From Psilocybe cubensis (Eukaryota), in NCBI GenBank assembly GCA_017499595.2, contig CM039007.1, positions 1,426,001 to 1,490,000 on the forward strand: 64,000 bases of DNA, written 5' to 3'. Made by a program: the position numbers and the translations under genes. The notes under the pieces were generated by a model. The model saw nothing but the letters and a program-made list of their open reading frames with translations. It was not told where the DNA came from and ran no database searches. Positions 41,261 through 53,062 of this stretch are shown here, piece after piece. Each line of letters begins with the position of its first letter. The first letter of the stretch is position 1.

Positions 41261-41833
41261 ATATCACCTTGTAAATAATGGCTCGACCTGTTCAAAGATA
41301 GAGTCAAGTTGATCAATATCGAAGAAAAATCCCAGTTCAAATTTGCATGGTTTTCACTCACCCCTAAGATTTATGGTCCCAGGAAATAGTGGTTAGAAGT
41401 ATAAAGAATCAATGGAGAAGCCTTTCAATGGTTGAACTGAAAAAAGACCCCGGCATCTCGGCAAGTCAGAGGAATGAATAGGGGTGTTCAATACCAGTAA
41501 ACGTAAAAATACAGCTTTATTAGTAATAGTAGAATGTACACTCTTTTATCAACTGGTTAAATAGATCTCAGCATCACCCAATATGCCATGGTATAAAGAT
41601 AAATTCAAAAACTATCTATCTACCAACCAATAGATTTGGATTCCATGCCTAACTTGCTCGGGAAGCTCATATTAATGGCATATTAATCAACTGCGAATGG
41701 AGAGTTAGTAGGTGGCGTATGCACCGTGTATAGTGCAGCTGCAATGGATTCGTCCTGTAAGTGCAGGGTTGTCAATGCCATAATGGGGTTCCAAGGACCA
41801 GTGTAGGCAGTGATGCTTGCGAGGTAGATCCTG

Positions 41834-42971
41834 TTATGTATCGTTTGATCCATGGATAGACCCAGGTCCATGGTGATGCCAGATGTAGTTTTTACTAGCA
41901 TCCTCAGTGGGAGAGGACTCCGCTGAGAATGTAATAAATGGATCTGGGCTAACCGAAGTAATAGACCAACGGCGAGTATCCGAATAGCTTTCGGGGGCTG
42001 CTCTTCTTCGAGCGACGCGATAGACAATCAATAGTGGTGCAATGACCTATCATATGAGGTATCAGCCAACGAACTTATTCTCCTGAATCCATCACAGCTT
42101 ACACAGACTTGAGGTAGTAAGAAAAGAGGAACCGCTTTCCCATTATGCTTTGAGGTAAAAAAGAGGACGATATACAATATAGTGAACACCACAATTAGCG
42201 CGCAGGACTCGGTAAGCATGACCATGATTCGTTTGTAGAATTGCCCTTGATATATACCGAGGGATTTTTGCGCGGATTTCTTGTGAGAGTAGAGTCGCAC
42301 TATGATCAATGCGGAAAGGATGACATTAATTACCCCTGACACGGAAATGAACACTATGGGACCGGGTCCAAGGGCGATGGGTGGCGGTAGGAGGGTGAAA
42401 AGGCCTGAAACTGTTGAAATAGTTAAGACAATAATTATAAGGCTGCTGATGCTGCGTACCGAGCGACATCAAGCAAAGAGATGTTAGGCCAACGTACAAA
42501 GCTATTCGGCGACGTCCAGAAATACCCCAGTATAGGACTACACAACGCCATCCCTTCCATCCATGGCAGATATCAATCGTACAGTCCATAACGAATGAAT
42601 GATGGTATACTCACCAAAAAACCATCTGCCGTCCAGACTGTGATAGGAAGAAACAAGGGATTGGATTCGGTAAGATGAAGGCAAGTGACAGATTTTCCAG
42701 AGTTATCAAAGTTATGGAATATGGCCGACATGATTGCGAAAGTATTTTGAACTAGTGCCCAGGTACTAAATACAAGTAGCACACCGCTATAGAACAGTAG
42801 AAATCGTGTCATTGTCGACGAACAATTTCGCACGGAGGATGGTTGAAGCAATGCATTGATGCAGCAGATGAAGAGTGTGACGACGACCCCATAGGCTATT
42901 GCAGACAAGATAACCCCCAGAAGAGCTATTTCGAGGTAGATATTTCTCCCTGGCGACAATTCAGTGGACAT
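41834..42971 (-). CDS. Multi-pass (about 7 TM) hypothetical membrane protein of a type common in Agaricomycetes
   Basis: Hydrophobic helices across about 4 exons with motifs WTADGFL..WRC, MLTESCAL and PQ|VIAPLLIVYRVA. Confidence 0.7.
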
Positions 42972-43682
42972 AATAATGTGCTTTGAGTGACTTGGGAGGG
43001 ATAGTGGCGGGAAGAACGTATCAAACTGAGGTAAACCAGGGGGAGGGCCTCTTATACCTCAATTCATATACACATAGAAGCCCAAGTCTTGTGAACGCAG
43101 CCTGTATACCTGGGTACTATATTTGCATACCACATTGACAACTACTCTTAGTACATGTTTGGTGAGCCTGTCACCACGAGGGGTCGCCGCGCATGAGGAG
43201 CAGAGAAGGCGAGTTATCGGTATAGTTTCGATGAGAATTTATGAAAAGTCGAGCTCTAAGGTGACGTAGAACATGGTGGACGATGATGGGAATATTCAAA
43301 TCATATTCTTCAACTTTTGAGATTGGAAGACCGATTGAAGTTCCGATTTGGTGGGGAAACTCTGCTTTAGTACCACTCCCCAGCAACAACTATTAAATTG
43401 CCAACTGACAAAACCAGATTGAGTGTGAAATGAATAAAAATGACTCATCGACCGACAAGTGACAGTATGGTGTTGTGCGGCCTATTGACTGAATGTTTCT
43501 GCAAGACGTGGATCGGGATCGGGATCCAAGGCCGGAACTATATATATGGATGTCTAGCAGTGGAATTTCCAAGGTTAGTGCTAAAGAAACGAGGGAACGA
43601 TTGATTTGCTATGCCAGTACCTACACAAATTGACACACAAATACTTTTACAGAGCATTCCAAATCTAAGCGCACAAGAACGT

Positions 43683-46239
43683 TCACTGGTCCAACCTTAT
43701 ACGGGACGTCTTAAAGAGCTGTCCAATCCCAACAGGTATATAAGTGGGTATAAGGTTCGGATCCACAGCATCGAATCCTCCATAATTATTCACCACTTCG
43801 TCACCATAAATGCTAAACACCCACTGTGCGTACCAATTCCCGTTCTCCAGCCAATTTTGTGGCGTCGTCGCCTGCTTCATCATCTCCCAAACCTTAGGCA
43901 TCAACTGCACCCGCCGTGGTTTGGGAACATCGAGCATGTTACCGTACGAATCGCCCCAGCCGGCAAACTAGGACTCGCGGAGCCATGTATATTCCTTGAA
44001 GGTCATGAATTCTTCAGGTTCAGGTTCAGGTTGGTTGTATCTATTCTCGTGTGCGAAGGGGTCACTTTCCCATTGCTCTTTGAGCTTCGCGTACACTTTG
44101 GGATCGTTGGCCACGCGTTGGCTGAATTTATCCTCTGCCATAACTTTATACTTGACAAAGTTGTCGTCGGAATCGAATCAGTGGCCTCGGGTTGACCATT
44201 CCCGTCCTCGTCCTCGTCCTCGTCGTCATTGTCGTTTGCATCTTCTTCGTACTATTAGAACCGTCAGAGAGAGTCGACTTATTGGATTATTGGAAGCAAC
44301 ATGATCTCCGCTCCCTTTCCTTTTCCAGCGGAGAGGTCTTCCATGCCTCTCAAGAGCAAGGATCTCTATGATGTGATGGAGGTCTCGCCCGCCAGTGCTT
44401 ATAGGAAATTAAAAGTAGCCCTCTGGAAGGTCCTGGATTCCAAAGCGCTCGTATATCATTTTTCTGAGGTAACCCACAGCACTTCCTCTGCCGTTAGAGA
44501 ATAGCTTCCGTTGAATTCGAGTAAAAACAACGATTGTGCCCATAACGTGTGCGTTGCCAAAACAGTTCGCCGGAACACCGCCCAGGTTTGTGAAGATAAA
44601 CCGCATGTACTTGCTGTACGCGTTGGCCTATCCAAAGACAAGGCTTGGTACTAGCCAACTGGCGGCACATCTTAGCGATGTGGTTCGAAATCTCATGCCG
44701 GTCAACGACGAAGAGCTTTTCGCTGGGTTCGAATTGTAGGAACCACCAACGGATATCACACTCAGGAAGACCAATGGCATCTCCCGACTCGAAAACCGAT
44801 ATAAACCGGCCCTGTCTTCTTTTTGTTGAACTTGTGCACTGCCAGGGCCGCGTACTCGTTCATAGTTGCCCATCCAGCTGCGACTTTGCTAACATTGGAA
44901 TCCCACAAACAGAGATCGTCATGCATCCTGCAGAGGTACAAGCCATCCGCGCGTTGGTTGACGGTAGAATCCATGATGAACGACGGCTTCTCCACAGAGA
45001 ACACTGAGCGTGTAGCCGATCGGAGTACCACGCTTTCGTGTACGTGGATTCAGGTCTTCAGGGAATCGTACAGGAACCAAGAAGAACGATTTGATGAAAG
45101 ACAACCAGGCTTTCGACATGCCCAAGTAGTCAAGAAATGTGAGGTCAGTCGTGTGCAGAAGCGATGATCCAAATCCGAGCAAACGGTTGCGTGCGTTCCG
45201 TAGGCTGTAGTATTGAGGTAGCATTCGGTAGTCATGATGTTGAGATTTTTGTTTGACCATAAACGGATCATTATCGTATCCATAATTTCGGGGTTGGTGA
45301 AGGCCCTGTAAATGACGATGAGGGGACTTTTCAATCGTCTAGCGTTTGAGCAATCCTTACCTGTATTTCCATTCAAATGTCCATGGAACTCGACCGGAAT
45401 ACACCCCTTATTCCACCCTCAAGTCTCGAGACCACCAATGGCATATTGAGGACGCTGGTGACTTCTTGGAGAATCACACTGTTTTCTTGGAATGTTCTTG
45501 AAGTCGTTCATTTTTGCTTCGTCCGTAATACCACTAGCCAAAAGGCTGTAGATAGCGCATACAACATCAGAGACTGCAAGACGGGTGCACTGTTGACTTT
45601 CAATAGCATTTTTCATATCCCTATGAAGGTGTTCCAGAGCCTTTGCCGCTTCGTCTGAAAAAAATCGTCCCCAAGATAGGTCTCCTTCTGTTCATGCATT
45701 TCCTTCCTCCCATTTGCCGCATAGACGGAGCTATCAGACGCCCGTCCTTGGACTATGTCCATCATATTGGCATCAGCCACGTTTTCTCGCGGAGCCTGGT
45801 AAGACACAGCAACGGAGTCGCCACTGGTTATCCATTCATGGAAGAGCTTCCAAAATAATCGGGCCGCATCAAATCGAATCATGTTGCGCCGAATGTGCTC
45901 CAATGTCCTGGCCCTGCTTTCTGCGAGTTCGATACTGGTAACTGAAGCTTGGATCGTACTTGGCTTGGGCGAGCAAGAATTCCAGATCATCGAGGTGAAC
46001 CTGGAAGTCGACTATGCTATTCCGCGGCGTTCCGGAACCAGTCCATGTTTTCAAGGCTTTCGCGAGGACTTGAACCTTCTCGAAAATATTTCCTTTTGCT
46101 TCAAAATTTTGGCTCTGGCGAGAACCTTTGCGTGGTCCTGGTATGCTTGTCGTTGTTTCTCAAGTTCAAGGAGTTTGATGTCGGTAATAAACTGAAGAGT
46201 TTGTCCAAAAGAGGACCTCGAAGACGCGCTAACAGACAT
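43683..46239 (-). pseudogene. rvt: rvt-family pseudogene (second paralogue), multiply frameshifted
   Basis: Collinear fragments in different frames: FGQTLQFITDIKLLELEKQR (46051..46239), LFHEWITSGDS, ATVCSDL, RKRGTPIGYTLS, LYLCRMHDDLCLWDS, FGIQDLPEGYF followed by a stop, and C-terminal WVFSIYGDEVVNNYGGFDAVDPNLIP (43683..43937). Confidence 0.88.
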
Positions 46240-46289
46240 AAGGATAGATAGGGGTGAAAAAGGCTTTCGGCTTTCTGAGGATTCTCGAC

Positions 46290-46742
46290 TAAGGCTCCAA
46301 CCGTTTAGTTTCCGTTTAATTTTTTTTACAAACTAAACGGAAACGGTAATAAACAGTTTACAAACGTTTATAAACGTTTGTAAACAGTAAGCTCGAGGGT
46401 GGCTACAAGGGCAGGCGTTCAACAGCGTTCAACGCATCACTTGTCCTAATGCGGCCCATTTGCCAAGGAATATAATAGTCGGCACCTAATTGGTACAAAA
46501 ATGGGACCAAAACAAGAGTGCAAATGAGTTAGTTTGGTGTAAAGAATAAAAGATGAATCATTTGATGTAATACGCACCTAATATTGTCCAAAAAAGAGAT
46601 ATACTTTAGCACAAAAATCTGTTACCGTTTGAACCGTTTATAAACGTTTGTAAACTGTTTAACAAGGCTCGTAAACTAAACGAAACGGTAAATGGTATAT
46701 ACGGTTTACAAACGATAAACAAATGAAACGGTTGGAGCCTTA
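46290..46742. mobile_element. 453-bp hAT-like MITE, copy 2, inverted relative to copy 1
   Basis: Same 17-bp TIR. 8-bp TSD TTCTCGAC at 46282-46289 and 46743-46750. Near-identical reverse complement of 34055-34507. Confidence 0.95.
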
Positions 46743-47314
46743 TTCTCGACTGTGCGTTCGAGGATCAAGAGTTCTTAAGAAATGACGCATTAGCGCAGAC
46801 TCAACGCCAACATTTAACTAAATCAAACTTACGCTACGGGCTGTTTACGATTTCAAAAAGCATGTCAATTTGGATGTATCGGCTCCAAAAACATTTACAT
46901 TTCGAGCTGTTGCGAGTCACTGAAGCAAACGTATCACTCTGTAAAACGCCCTCCATGAGTTGAATCGATCAGTGAATAAGATCAAGAACAGAAGGGTGTA
47001 GTCGCGGTCGTAGACGTGCAATTCAAGCTTATGGTTTGAATGTTGAACAACCGAATGCAGAATTGGGCTTCTGTGGGAGTAAAACACGTTCAAGTTGATT
47101 TGCAGTTGCACTCAGGACAAGTGATTATTACGTAATAACGGAAATTGCCGTTTCGCCATAAGTCATTGAAATGGGTCGCTGGCGTTCTTTTCTCTTATTC
47201 CCTCATCCAAATACTTTTTTCAAGGACCTCAATAACTATAGAACCTCCAAGATTAAGACCCAGAGTATCATTCAAACATCACGGTACAACCGATCTAGAA
47301 GCCTCTATAGGCCT

Positions 47315-48103
47315 TCATAATTTTCGTGATCGAAGGACCATGTCACTTTTTGGTGTAGGTCTCAAAGGGGTTGCTTCGTTCGAGGTTTCGGATGGGGGGA
47401 GGGACAAAGGGGACGACATCATCATTTGTCCAGAATCGTTGCTGATACCTCTTTTCCTCTTTCTTCCCCTTCTCAAAGGCGTCGACGTTGATACTGGCAA
47501 CGGTGTTTGTGTCTTGTATCGTTCAATGGTCCTCCTCCGCCTGGGAGGAGCGCTCGCTTCAGCGTTGGGAGAGTCACGATCCGCAAGGAAATTAAGGCTT
47601 TGTAATCTTGGTGTGCCCGTCGTATCTTCTTCATCTCTTTCCCTCTCAGGGGTGTTCCTTGTCGCCATCGATAGCAAAGACTCTTGCGTGCTAATGATTA
47701 CCTCTCCACCATCTTTTATCTCTGGTGATTTTGATTCCACTGTCGCGTATTTCTCCGCCAAAAGTACGCGGTCATTCCAAGATAAGGGGCCACTTGCTGT
47801 TTCCGTTCCTAGAATATCAAATTCTGGCCCTCCAGGAGCACAATCGGTGTAAAGCATAATTTTGTTTGAGGATTTGTGTCTTGCTATTGTAACCTTGTGG
47901 ACGGTTACGTATGACGGTGCTTGATAAAGCTGCCGGGTTGGCTTGTATGTTGAAGAGATCGAACAGCATGTTGGATCGTGGTGAGCATTGCGAGGATGTG
48001 CGTCATGCTGAGGTGCCGAATACAAATTGTCCAAGTTCATGGCGCCCCAGCGGTCATTAAGTCTAATATTTGATTCAAAGGCCGTGACTGTATTTATGCT
48101 CAT
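47315..48103 (-). CDS. Hypothetical protein with basic low-complexity C-terminus (possible NLS RRGRKRKR)
   Basis: 262-aa ATG-started ORF; no recognisable domain. Confidence 0.4.
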   Translation of the reverse strand: MSINTVTAFESNIRLNDRWGAMNLDNLYSAPQHDAHPRNAHHDPTCCSISSTYKPTRQLYQAPSYVTVHKVTIARHKSSNKIMLYTDCAPGGPEFDILGTETASGPLSWNDRVLLAEKYATVESKSPEIKDGGEVIISTQESLLSMATRNTPERERDEEDTTGTPRLQSLNFLADRDSPNAEASAPPRRRRTIERYKTQTPLPVSTSTPLRRGRKRKRGISNDSGQMMMSSPLSLPPSETSNEATPLRPTPKSDMVLRSRKL

Positions 48104-49129
48104 TTTTAAACAAAGAGATTTGTGGTTTCGTTTATGGACTTTGTTTGCTTAAGCCACAGTTCCCCTAGGTACATACTCTTTCAATACCTTTCATACTTTC
48201 TTCCTCAGCCGCCGTTATCCCGCTTTCTTCTTGGCAATAACGATTTTGATCTTGCAAAAGTACGTTTGGCAGAAAATATTCTTTCAACCCTAGCTACCAA
48301 ATAATCTCCCACCCACTAAACTCGGTTCCTGAAGTCGAGAACTATTATGGTGCTCGTGGCATGTGATTCAGACATTAATTAACGCGACGCGACGCGTGCG
48401 GCTATTAATAATAGTTATCGGTCCCCCTTTACCTTACACCAAGCCAAGCTACTAATTACAAAACTCACCATTCAATGGTAAAGGTAATCATCATCTTAAA
48501 AGCAGTAGTGTCAAAGATTGTACCTGAATTATTGACAAGGACCTTCTTTGAAGCCAAGTGGTGACGACTCCATTTTTGAGCTTTTGTTGTGTCGTCAAAG
48601 GGACCTGTCACCTCCAACCCCCTGATATAAGTCTGCCTGCTATTATCATGTAAATATCAAATTTTCCTCTTCGACTGTCGACGATTGCTCTTTCACCGCT
48701 TTCAATCGCATGGTTCTCTCAGGCTTTGCTTCTGATCACTCAGAGATATCATGGCCGTTCCAATGGTAACTCAAAGTGTCTACCATTTACCTCATCCATG
48801 ATCTATACCTCTCCCGATGCTAGAACCCATCCTCAACCTCGTTTCTACCCAACAACTTCGTAGAGACCTTATATCAAGGCGAAACTACGAAGTTGTCGGT
48901 AAGTAATTCGGGCTGAAAGATGGGTACTACTAGTCGGGGACGGCGTACAACACTGGTGTGTTAGAGAGTGAGAGCCGTTCAAAAGGATTTTCGAACGAAT
49001 GTGCTGAGATTCTGAGGAGTGTTAATTGACACAACCATGCAAGCATTAATACAAAGGTATGTTAGAGGACTGAGGTACAGTGATTACTGAAATATGGCTA
49101 TGGTAGTGCACGGACTGAAAGGTGGGTCT

Positions 49130-49593
49130 TCAATTAAGGTCTCCTTGCTTCTTTAGCTCCCCTTTTTCTTTCAACCCTTCATTACGCATTACTTTCCCAG
49201 CAATCTAGAATGACTCATGAGTTCATGGTGGTGGTTGTTGTTATCAATCAATGAAACCCGACTGACCTCTTGTGTCTTGCCGACGAGCTTATCCCCCAGC
49301 GTCGGCTTGCTCTTCCCAGAGGCACTTCGGTCCGCCTCATGATGCTCCGTTGGCAACTCCGGAAGACCTTTGGACGTGTCATCTTGTTGATACTGAGGAG
49401 CAGTCTGGTGCGGCTGTGGATGTGGTGCAAAATCTTGTGTATTTCCCACTTCTGACGGTGGCAATCTGGCATGCTCGATGGTGTCGGGAGTGTAGTCAAC
49501 AGCTGGAGCAGCGCCCCTGGCACCGGGCAGAGGCTCATTGTCGCTGTGAACGTGGTGGGATATAATGGGCTGATGAGAAATTGGGTTCGACAT
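49130..49593 (-). CDS. Small hydrophilic protein with CsbD-like C-terminus
   Basis: MSNPISHQ... ending KPTLGDKLVGKTQE|IAGKVMRNEGLKEKGELKKQGDLN* across one intron. TATAAAA lies about 80 bp upstream. Confidence 0.7.
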
Positions 49594-49746
49594 GGTGTTA
49601 TGCAGTGGTTTGGGTTTGGTTTGCGATAGCGATAATGAGTTGCCTTGGGTTGAAGTCTTGAACATTTTATAGGGGCATAAACAGTATGACGTCATTCAAA
49701 AAGCACATTTCAGTGCGGAGTTTTGTAGGAGCGTTGCGTCGTGGAT

Positions 49747-50400
49747 GGTTTTCCGTTCATAGGAGTGGGTGTCCCAAACGGGAAATGACCAAAAAATGGA
49801 GAGAAAAAGAGAGAGACTCACGACGCTTTATTTTTGTTAAAATTTTGAAGAGAAATGACTTGAAAGTACTCGAGAATATGCACGGATTGTCACAAACATC
49901 AATTTTGTGAAATACCGTGTGAAACGAGAGGCAAATTTTCAAAGATTTCGCGCTGACGCGCGTCCGAGAAATAGTCCATGTAAATATGTGCCTTTTACTT
50001 TGTCTGTACTCTAAATTTCTCTGATATTTTTTACCTGGGTATTATTTAATTTATATATAATCCAGAATATCACTCAAAGAGCCTCAAAAAATCAAACCAG
50101 AGTGCCCGTCGAGCGTGAATTGGATACGGAGGTGCGCAAATGTGGCTGTGTTGCGGCACCTCGGCTGGCAGATAACATTGGGGGTGGCAGATAACATCCA
50201 TACGTATTCTACTGATTCGACAGCACTTACTCAAATTTTAAAGGCACTTATGTGTATATACATTCTTTACATACTTGAATACATATTTTTATTGCAGTTC
50301 ATCCTAGGTTTTATGGTGAAAAGTGTGAAAAGAGTAAACTCGGATTCTGCCGGGCAGATAACATGGCAGATAACATACCCACTCCTATGATCGGTAAACC
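49747..50400. mobile_element. 654-bp non-autonomous TIR DNA transposon (MITE), superfamily uncertain
   Basis: Imperfect TIR of about 26 bp, GGTTT(T/A)CCG(T/A)TCATAGGAGTGGGT(G/A)T. 8-bp TSD TCGTGGAT at 49739-49746 and 50401-50408. Four internal GGCAGATAACA repeats. Confidence 0.88.
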
Positions 50401-50943
50401 TCGTGGATCGTCTCTCTTGTATTGGCTGTGTCATCAGATGTTCGGGCTCCACTGCTCCAGAGTTTGCAACTTTGATGGATGCGGTAACTTGAGAATGGTT
50501 CGTTGATCCATTGGCTGGATAATGAAATGACCGGATTTATCTCCCTAGTATCAATTGTTTATGAGCGCCAATCATCATTCATGTAATTCTTCATCGTGTC
50601 AAGCTTACAAGGATCAGCAATAAACCCAAGTTCATGACCGAGGTCCTGCTCTTGCAGATAGAAATTAGAAGTGTGTTCAAGAATGCAACTTATATTTAAT
50701 CGTCCCCAATAGTGTGTATCGTATGACAAAACAGAAATTCCCATACCCAGGGAAAGGTCTACGCAATAGTGAAAAATCTGAAGCTAGCCTGCTACACCGA
50801 CCAAAAAAATAGAATACCAAATGAACCCATTCCACAGATACATATTCAGCGTTAACAATAAATAAAATAGTGGCACGTCTAACGGCAACAAACCAACAGC
50901 ACAGGTACACGGGTACACAGGCACTCATAAGTAAAGAATGCGG

Positions 50944-53062
50944 TCATTTAATGTGGTTAGGATCATGGCGTTCGAACACCTTATCAATAGCGTCGCGGAC
51001 CGTGGCCGTGTGTGAGGGGTATGGAAAGGGATTCGTGGCTCCATCAAGAATTCCAACGCTGTTGATAGTGCGCGGCTGACGCCGTGGCACAGGGATATCG
51101 ACGCTGGTAGATTCTGTCCCGTATTCGTCCAGCAATTTGTGGCCAGACATAACGCGGAGGTTGAGTAACATGTGGGACCCGAGGATACATCCGGCGGTCG
51201 TTGATGGCCTGATAGAAATATGAATGTCAATTCAGGTCCTTGGAAGATCATTAGTAGCAAGGAAGTGAACACGTACGTGACGAGAAGACTTGACAGGAAT
51301 ACGGGACCGAGTTCGAACATTAGATAATTGGCTAAAAGCATAGCTAAACATAAAATAAATAACATTAGCCGCATGGATCGAGTCCAAAGAGTAACAACAG
51401 TACCAAAAACACTGTGAGGAGCCATGACGTGAGTAAAAGATTTTAACAGTTCAATAGCAGACTTACACAAAGAAGTAAAGAGTGGAATCGCGAGCCTAAT
51501 GCACAATTCATCAGTATATATATCAGTTGGCCGGTATCAAATCTACGAACTAGAATCGCAAAAATTCTAGGCATGGGTATACCGTCCTTCCACCACAAGA
51601 ACGCTCTGGAAATAACGAGGCCGAAGAGTACAGCTATAACAAAGACGTTAATTTGACCCCCTCGGAAGTAATAAAAAACTTGTGCTGACTTTCTACAATA
51701 ATTGGCGCTAGCCATTGTCCAGCAATAATAGACGGTACGCTGGTGGCGTAACATCCAGGAAGACTCGCAAGGGATGTGTTGACTAAAACGGAGTGATGAG
51801 AAATTAGGGATAAATAATTAGTATATTTCTTTTATTGACACTTACGCTCGACAATTTCTCCAACGTAATCTTGAATGAGAAGACCAAGTAGGGCGATAGA
51901 TCCTCCTAGAAAAAGAAAAGAATGATTAGCACGCCATATGGATAGTGGGATACAATATCACTAACCGAAGTAAAAGAAGAACGCAACCCTCAATGCCCAC
52001 TAAAGGAATTGTGCAATGTCAAACCATGAAGCAATAGTGAGGTAAAATGGTCCGACCTTATTGCGGCGATCTAATTGGACAATGAGCTCAAACAAGAAGA
52101 GGAATAAAATTAGGAGAACATACGCAGTGCCCACACACGCAGAACAATGATCCCTAATACCAAAAACTCAGCAACATGTATAATGGTCATGAATCGTATT
52201 CTCTCAACATACCCTGTACAATAATCGTCGACGTGATCGATACCCTGTCAGAAGGTAAAGATAATGAGACCGAGCAAGAGCTATCTGGTGCCCAAAACGT
52301 ACACTGTCAACCAGCGCATGAAAAATGTGCAGCTGTCCCACATGATTAGACTATCAACGAGCTGGTGAGTTGGTTGGAAACAATACATACAACTATTGGT
52401 CATGAGATTTCAGTTCAGTGCTACACACGTCCTTGATAGCAATTATCACGTACCTCTTCACTCAAAAACGTCCGTGATGCAGCTGATGAATGCATTACGT
52501 TAGAGCTTCTGCACTTCATTTTCTAACCTCGGGGTACATACAAATGCAGTTAAAGCTAAATGAAGCAAATCAGAAATTAATCCGATTATTGGCAATGTCC
52601 AAGGGCAACGTACAGAAGCATGCCAGCGACAACATATCGGTTCATGAAGAACAGGACCTTCGCGAGGGAAAACCGTGACCTAATGGATATTCCTGTACTT
52701 GAGTTTCCGTTTCTTTCTGTCTCCAAGGGAGATAAACACGAACCCCCACATTGTTTCCACCTATTGCATGTATGTTAAGAAGGATATTCGCTATGTGAAT
52801 GCAGATAAAACGCACCTCTGCATCGAGAGTCAGAACGTGATCGTATAATAGGGCAGTCAGACAGGCAGCTATTTTACCGCACAAAAAGGCACAAAGTCAG
52901 CGTTTTGCAATGCATGAACGCAACTGATAGTTTTACGGTACCTGCGACCAAATTGACTGCCATTCCCTCTCTGACCATCTTTTCTAATTCCTTCTGGCTG
53001 ACGCCCTCAGCGGTGATACCTATCTCGGAAATCATTCCTGCCCGTTGTATAATGTACGACAT
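50944..53062 (-). CDS. Multi-exon DUF6533-like multi-pass membrane protein
   Basis: ACLTALLYDHVLTLDAE|VETMW N-terminal motif, many short hydrophobic exons, and GQLIYIL, LMFELGPVFLSSLL, RVMSGHKLL. Exon structure approximate. Confidence 0.65.

Noticed and set aside
43611-44195. 194-aa plus-strand ORF
   Set aside because: Antisense shadow of the rvt pseudogene C-terminus.
47145-47852. 235-aa plus-strand ORF
   Set aside because: Non-ATG start and antisense to the more plausible 47315..48103 ORF.
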